A stretch of DNA of 57,961 bases from a virus (Duplodnaviria; Caudoviricetes), in IMG/VR virus record IMGVR_UViG_3300038406_000153, positions 1 through 57,961 of that record; one strand, 5' to 3'. Under the pieces are notes generated by a model. It made no database searches, had not been told where the DNA came from, and was given only the letters and a program-made list of their open reading frames with translations. The translations under genes were made by a program, and so were the position numbers. Below, one piece after another: positions 53,542 through 57,961 of the stretch (its first letter is position 1; each line of letters opens with the position of its first letter).

Positions 53542-54983
53542 GCCGTTATCTCCTGTAGTTTCGGGCTCGCCTCGGCAGGGGTCCACCCCTTGGTCATCAG
53601 CTCGGCGGCCAATCGGACATCCGTCACCGTCATGGCTTGGACACGAATGGGTGTGGAGTCGCCGGAAGTGTTGGGGGGCTGCAACTGCACTGACAACAGG
53701 CCGGTGTGACGCAGCAATGACCAGTCGTTGGCCTGGATCGAATCGGTAACCGACTGGGGTTCAAACCCGCCATCGATGAGCTGCCGGATAGACGCGACTT
53801 CGCGGGCCTGGATCTCGGCGCGGTCTTTCTCGTCCTCACGCAAGAACGGGATACCGCGGGTGTCCACAACAAGTTCGGCACCAGAAGGAGCCCCTACAAG
53901 CCATTCCAGACTGGCTGAGGCGAGCTCCCACAGTGGGTGCAGGGTCCGGTCCGCGAAATTCCTGCGGGCCGCCGAATAGTTGCCCTGATTCAGCGATGAC
54001 CCGTTCAGGCCCTCACTGAAACCGACTATCACTGGCGGTACACCAGCTGCCGAAGCGATCCGGGTCTCTCCAGCACCTTGCACGGCTTTGAAATCGAGCT
54101 CTTTAAGGTCGGAGCCGACGATCGTCACGTCCGCGCCGCTACCCAAGTAGAGGGTTTTCCCGGCGTTTCGGGCACCCGCATGGTTAGCGTCCATAACGGA
54201 CTTGAAGCGTTTGAGTTTCTCTTCACTAACGTCGGGCAGTTTAACGACCATGTTGGGTGTCGCACCCTGCTCCAGATAAGACAGTTTGTGTGAAGTAAGC
54301 TGTTTATCGGCGAGGATCTCCCGAAGAACCGGGGTCAGCCACGTCATGCCCCGCCATTCAGCTGTCGGGTCCGGATTCGGCGCCCAGTGCGCGATCTCGT
54401 CAAGAAGGAACGGAACACCTTCTCGGTCCCGGTTGCCGCCCTGGAAATAGAGGTACCCAATTTTCCGCCAACCGACCTGCCCAGCCGGTCCACGGTCAGT
54501 GACCATGCGCGGTTCCAGGACGATATCTACCCAGTCGGGGCGGAGCCGGATAATCTCGCCCTCGGTTTTCCAGCCATACCAGTTGCCGCACAAGTCGGCG
54601 TCGTCGATCATCCGCGACAGCAAGTTCGCTGTCACACCACCCGGGTACGGTTTTTCGATGGATCGCAGACTCGTCGACCCGAACAGGCGACCAACACCAA
54701 TGTCGCTGAAGTTGCGGTACTTGAACTTCGCCTGCATGAACACAGCCCGGCGGGCCTGCATACACGCGAACACGATCCCGTTGGTTTTATAGATCGAGTT
54801 GACGTAACCCTCGAACGTGTTCGGCGCTCTCTCCACATTGTTGTGAATGGTTTGCTGGACACCAGAAGTCGAATAGCCGATCCCCTGAAATGTGAACTGC
54901 TCGACCATCGCCGCGTAGTCATCGATCGTCAGAATCTGACGTTCAGATTCACCGCTACCGAACAGATTGGACCAAAAACCCAC
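53538..54983 (-). CDS. Portal protein (HK97 family)
   Basis: LRPDWV, GATP, NAGKT, IASAAGVPPVIVG. Confidence 0.93.
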   Translation of the reverse strand: MGFWSNLFGSGESERQILTIDDYAAMVEQFTFQGIGYSTSGVQQTIHNNVERAPNTFEGYVNSIYKTNGIVFACMQARRAVFMQAKFKYRNFSDIGVGRLFGSTSLRSIEKPYPGGVTANLLSRMIDDADLCGNWYGWKTEGEIIRLRPDWVDIVLEPRMVTDRGPAGQVGWRKIGYLYFQGGNRDREGVPFLLDEIAHWAPNPDPTAEWRGMTWLTPVLREILADKQLTSHKLSYLEQGATPNMVVKLPDVSEEKLKRFKSVMDANHAGARNAGKTLYLGSGADVTIVGSDLKELDFKAVQGAGETRIASAAGVPPVIVGFSEGLNGSSLNQGNYSAARRNFADRTLHPLWELASASLEWLVGAPSGAELVVDTRGIPFLREDEKDRAEIQAREVASIRQLIDGGFEPQSVTDSIQANDWSLLRHTGLLSVQLQPPNTSGDSTPIRVQAMTVTDVRLAAELMTKGWTPAEASPKLQEITA

Positions 54984-54992
54984 GGGAACCCC

Positions 54993-56618
54993 TCACATGT
55001 ACAGAGCCCACGGCTCGGATTCCTCTTCAGGTATAAGTCCATTCTCGATAGCGAACGCTCTGGCCTCATGGGCGAGAACCGCCGCCACGGCACTGTCGAT
55101 CAACATGCCGTCACCACGTTTCGCCATTTTCATGTAGTGCGTCGCAATCTCGGATTCCTCACCAGGCCGGAACTTTTTCCGGTTCCCTTTCACCAGGACC
55201 GCGTTCTTCGCATGCCGGGTAAGAACCTCTGACCCGTCATGAGTGATCTCCCCAGAACTGAACGCCGTCGTGAACCGTTCGATCGCTTTATCCATACGCT
55301 GTTCAGTGTTCGTCGCGAACTCGACCACTTTGGTTTCACCGAACTCGCCAGACCATTTGTCTAGATAGTCCTGCCACCGCCACGGGTCCGCGAACATCGT
55401 CGCCACCTTGTAAGCGCCGAACACGTCCCGAATCTTCTGGTCGACCTCTTTGGAGGGAACCCGCCAGTCCTCAGAAGCGTTCTCTGGCCGCAGCCAGACA
55501 CCCATCTGGAACAGACACCCATCGGACATACGCGACGCAATCAGGGCAGTGCCATCCCGGTATTTCGCGCCGTCGAACCCCAGGGCGATAGGCTCTCCGG
55601 CCTCCAGGGGTTTCCAGTCTTCCTCACCGTCTGCGGGGCGGGCTTGCAGATCCCACCTGGTCGGGTCCACAAAAACGCTCAAACCGACCACAATTTCGTT
55701 CAAGAAAAACCGGCGCCGGTCGGCCTCCAAATGCCGATTCGATTGCGCTTCGTGGACCATACGGCCCTTCACGTTGACCCAGCCGCCACGCTCACGGGCA
55801 CTATCACCGTATTGGCGCAACAGCTCCGGATACAGTTCGTCAACATTCATCAGGTCGGCGACACGCTTCGGTTCGATCGTGTCTACATAGATTCGCTCGT
55901 CACCGGCATCAGCAGTGACCTGCGCTTCAGAGCCTTCAGAGGGATCCCACCCGTTCGTTAGTTCCAGCCACCGGCCGTCCATACCGGCGATGTTGCGTTT
56001 CACCGCGCCGGCAACTTTCCGGTACCCACCCTGCAACGTAAACAAATGAGATTCAGTCATCGTCAGGAACGTCATCGGCGCACCCAAACGGGCTTTCGCT
56101 GAAGTGGTGACCGGTTCGATCAGGCCACCGCGCGGTAGCTCGATCCGGGTCTGCCCGGCATCCACGCCGGTAAAGTCAACGATCGGGCCGCGGCGGATCA
56201 TTTGCAGCAAAGGCCGCCACGTGTTGTCGGTCTGATCCTCCGAGGTACCCAAACAGACAATCAACGGTGTCGGGTATGGGGCGCCCACCGGGTCGCCGGC
56301 TGAATCCCAGCCATCAAACCTCGTAGGCCCGAACGCTTCAGCACAGATCATTGACGCACCGAAGGGGTCCTTGCCCCATTTTTGGACCCTGCGTAGCTGC
56401 CCGCCCGTATACCTCAAAGCATCGGGTGCGGGCCACGCCGCGGCGTGCGGGTACAACCGGTAATAGTGGACCAGGAACGTCCACATTTCGTCAGTCAACA
56501 GATACGGTTGCCCCTGCCGGTACCCGTCAGGGATTACACAATTCTGTTCAATCCATTCACCGACCTGATAACCCAAAGTCGGGAATTCGTTCTCATAGTC
56601 GGGGCCACGCCAAGGCAT
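54993..56618 (-). CDS. Terminase large subunit
   Basis: QKWGKDP, TESH, LGFDG, DPW, IDSAVA. Confidence 0.95.
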   Translation of the reverse strand: MPWRGPDYENEFPTLGYQVGEWIEQNCVIPDGYRQGQPYLLTDEMWTFLVHYYRLYPHAAAWPAPDALRYTGGQLRRVQKWGKDPFGASMICAEAFGPTRFDGWDSAGDPVGAPYPTPLIVCLGTSEDQTDNTWRPLLQMIRRGPIVDFTGVDAGQTRIELPRGGLIEPVTTSAKARLGAPMTFLTMTESHLFTLQGGYRKVAGAVKRNIAGMDGRWLELTNGWDPSEGSEAQVTADAGDERIYVDTIEPKRVADLMNVDELYPELLRQYGDSARERGGWVNVKGRMVHEAQSNRHLEADRRRFFLNEIVVGLSVFVDPTRWDLQARPADGEEDWKPLEAGEPIALGFDGAKYRDGTALIASRMSDGCLFQMGVWLRPENASEDWRVPSKEVDQKIRDVFGAYKVATMFADPWRWQDYLDKWSGEFGETKVVEFATNTEQRMDKAIERFTTAFSSGEITHDGSEVLTRHAKNAVLVKGNRKKFRPGEESEIATHYMKMAKRGDGMLIDSAVAAVLAHEARAFAIENGLIPEEESEPWALYM

Positions 56619-56627
56619 ACCGCCTCC

Positions 56628-57041
56628 TCAGCCGACCGCACGAATACGCTTCCGAACATCGTTTGCGTCACGAGCTGCCCGACGTTCCGCCAACTCATCC
56701 GGGGCGATCTCCCACAACAAAAGCCGCATCGCTTTGGGTGTCAATCCGAGCCGATCTTCCATCGCCGTCACCTGAGCCAACAACGGCGGCGCCGCTTCAG
56801 GGTGTTCAGATGCCACCATCCACCGGCAATACCGGGCGACAGTGCGAGTCCACCCCAGACGCTCCCAAATAGTCGCCTGCGGAGTCGCCCACAGTTCTTT
56901 CCACGCTTTCTTCTCATCGGCTGTAGCTGGCTGCGACAGCGGCCACTTCGGTGCCGCGCCAGTACGCCCCTCAGACGGGAGCTTCGTCATCCCGCGTCCG
57001 CGGGAACCTCTCACCGGGTCAACCTTGGGAGGATTCGGCAT
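56628..57041 (-). CDS. Terminase small subunit
   Basis: W..LW.TPQA..W..MEDRLGLTPKA; upstream of TerL. Confidence 0.85.
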   Translation of the reverse strand: MPNPPKVDPVRGSRGRGMTKLPSEGRTGAAPKWPLSQPATADEKKAWKELWATPQATIWERLGWTRTVARYCRWMVASEHPEAAPPLLAQVTAMEDRLGLTPKAMRLLLWEIAPDELAERRAARDANDVRKRIRAVG

Positions 57042-57044
57042 TAC

Positions 57045-57926
57045 TCACACCCCGCAATACCCAGAACATTCGTTGCCCCACAAATCAGTCTCGGCGGGGG
57101 TCTTCAACACCAGCGGCAACGGTTTACGCGAGTAATGAACAAACATCGGATCCGGTCGGGACCGCAACTGCTCATCGAAATCGACAGCATCCGCCCACTC
57201 GCCAGGCGCCTCGGCCGCCATCCGCTGAAACTCGCCGGCCGACTTAAACGGGCACGCGATACAACTCGACCGCGGCACATCGGTAAAACCCTGCTCCACC
57301 AAAAACCGCACACAATCGGTGCGGCTCCACTTCAAATCAATCAACGGATACACATGCTCGATATACGACACGGGAGACGGTTTCAGCCGGTATGTCTCCT
57401 CCATGGAAATCCCCAGCCACATTTCCACCGTCAAACCATGCAGCGACCCGACCAGTTCCCGCACTTTCCGGCGTATCGGACGGATCTTCCAATCCATTGT
57501 GCATTTCTGTCGCATCACCACCGGTTTGTCACCGTGGAACCCGAACACCGGCATCGGCACGAAATCCCCGAGCGCCTCATCACGAAGCGCCCCTGAAGTC
57601 ACCCGCTCAAACCGGATGCCCGCCCCGGCCGCGATCTTCTCCAACCGGTCCACGTTGTCGTAAACAACCTGCCGCTCCCACTGGGTATCAGCGAAAACCA
57701 CCAAATCCAGTCTCGGAAGAAGACCCTTAGCCGACAACACCAACAGTGCCGACGATTGCTGACCAGCGCCCAACGACAACACCCGAAACGTCCGAGCATC
57801 AACCGGTTTCCGTTGCTGGTCACGACGCCGATCCACTCGACACGAAGGACACCATTTCGGGGCCGGGCCACGCGACCCCTCACGCTCGAAAACACTTCCG
57901 CAGGTCACACAATCAGTCACGGTCAC
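57045..57926 (-). CDS. PAPS-reductase-like (PP-loop) protein with N-terminal Zn finger
   Basis: SLGAGQQSS, FADTQWE, CT.DWKI, LGIS..E, YPL, SSCIACPF. Confidence 0.75.
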   Translation of the reverse strand: MTVTDCVTCGSVFEREGSRGPAPKWCPSCRVDRRRDQQRKPVDARTFRVLSLGAGQQSSALLVLSAKGLLPRLDLVVFADTQWERQVVYDNVDRLEKIAAGAGIRFERVTSGALRDEALGDFVPMPVFGFHGDKPVVMRQKCTMDWKIRPIRRKVRELVGSLHGLTVEMWLGISMEETYRLKPSPVSYIEHVYPLIDLKWSRTDCVRFLVEQGFTDVPRSSCIACPFKSAGEFQRMAAEAPGEWADAVDFDEQLRSRPDPMFVHYSRKPLPLVLKTPAETDLWGNECSGYCGV

Positions 57927-57961
57927 CGGCCTTATGGGAACTGTCTAGATTGCGAGAGAGA

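Larger units (their letters stand above)
1..57961 (-). mobile_element. Temperate actinobacterial siphovirus, apparently complete and non-integrated
   Basis: Packaging, head, tail, lysis, lysogeny and replication modules in canonical order; attP intact; HNH at one end and terminase at the other; no host genes. Confidence 0.95.

Overview
The window looks like one essentially complete temperate siphovirus of a high-GC actinobacterium, written in reverse orientation and in the excised/free form, since an intact attP lies next to the integrase. Read on the minus strand from 57961, the order is: PAPS-reductase-like gene, terminase S/L, portal, HK97 protease and capsid, head-tail genes (interrupted by an antisense lipoprotein moron), tail tube, tail chaperone with a -1 frameshift, tape measure, Dit and minor tail genes (one fusing a PhoD-type phosphatase to a hub-like domain), lysis cassette, BRO antirepressor, an accessory block, attP for tRNA-His, tyrosine integrase, repressor/cro/xis, recombination and replication genes, a C5 methyltransferase, many small genes and a terminal HNH. 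The accessory block holds a small acidic ORF with an Aca2/DUF1870-like HTH, an XRE-DUF5753/DUF397 pair and Zn-finger mini-genes. Most notable: (1) a candidate anti-CRISPR/anti-defence operon with Aca2-type promoter architecture; (2) a PhoD-tail protein fusion; (3) a tRNA-like RNA with an aberrant anticodon loop in a hairpin array; (4) an antirepressor promoter with both a PafBC-type motif and a LexA-like box; (5) several other structured intergenic RNAs. All family calls come from motif recognition by eye; no database search was run. Several start codons were moved from the ORF track using RBS and gene-overlap evidence.
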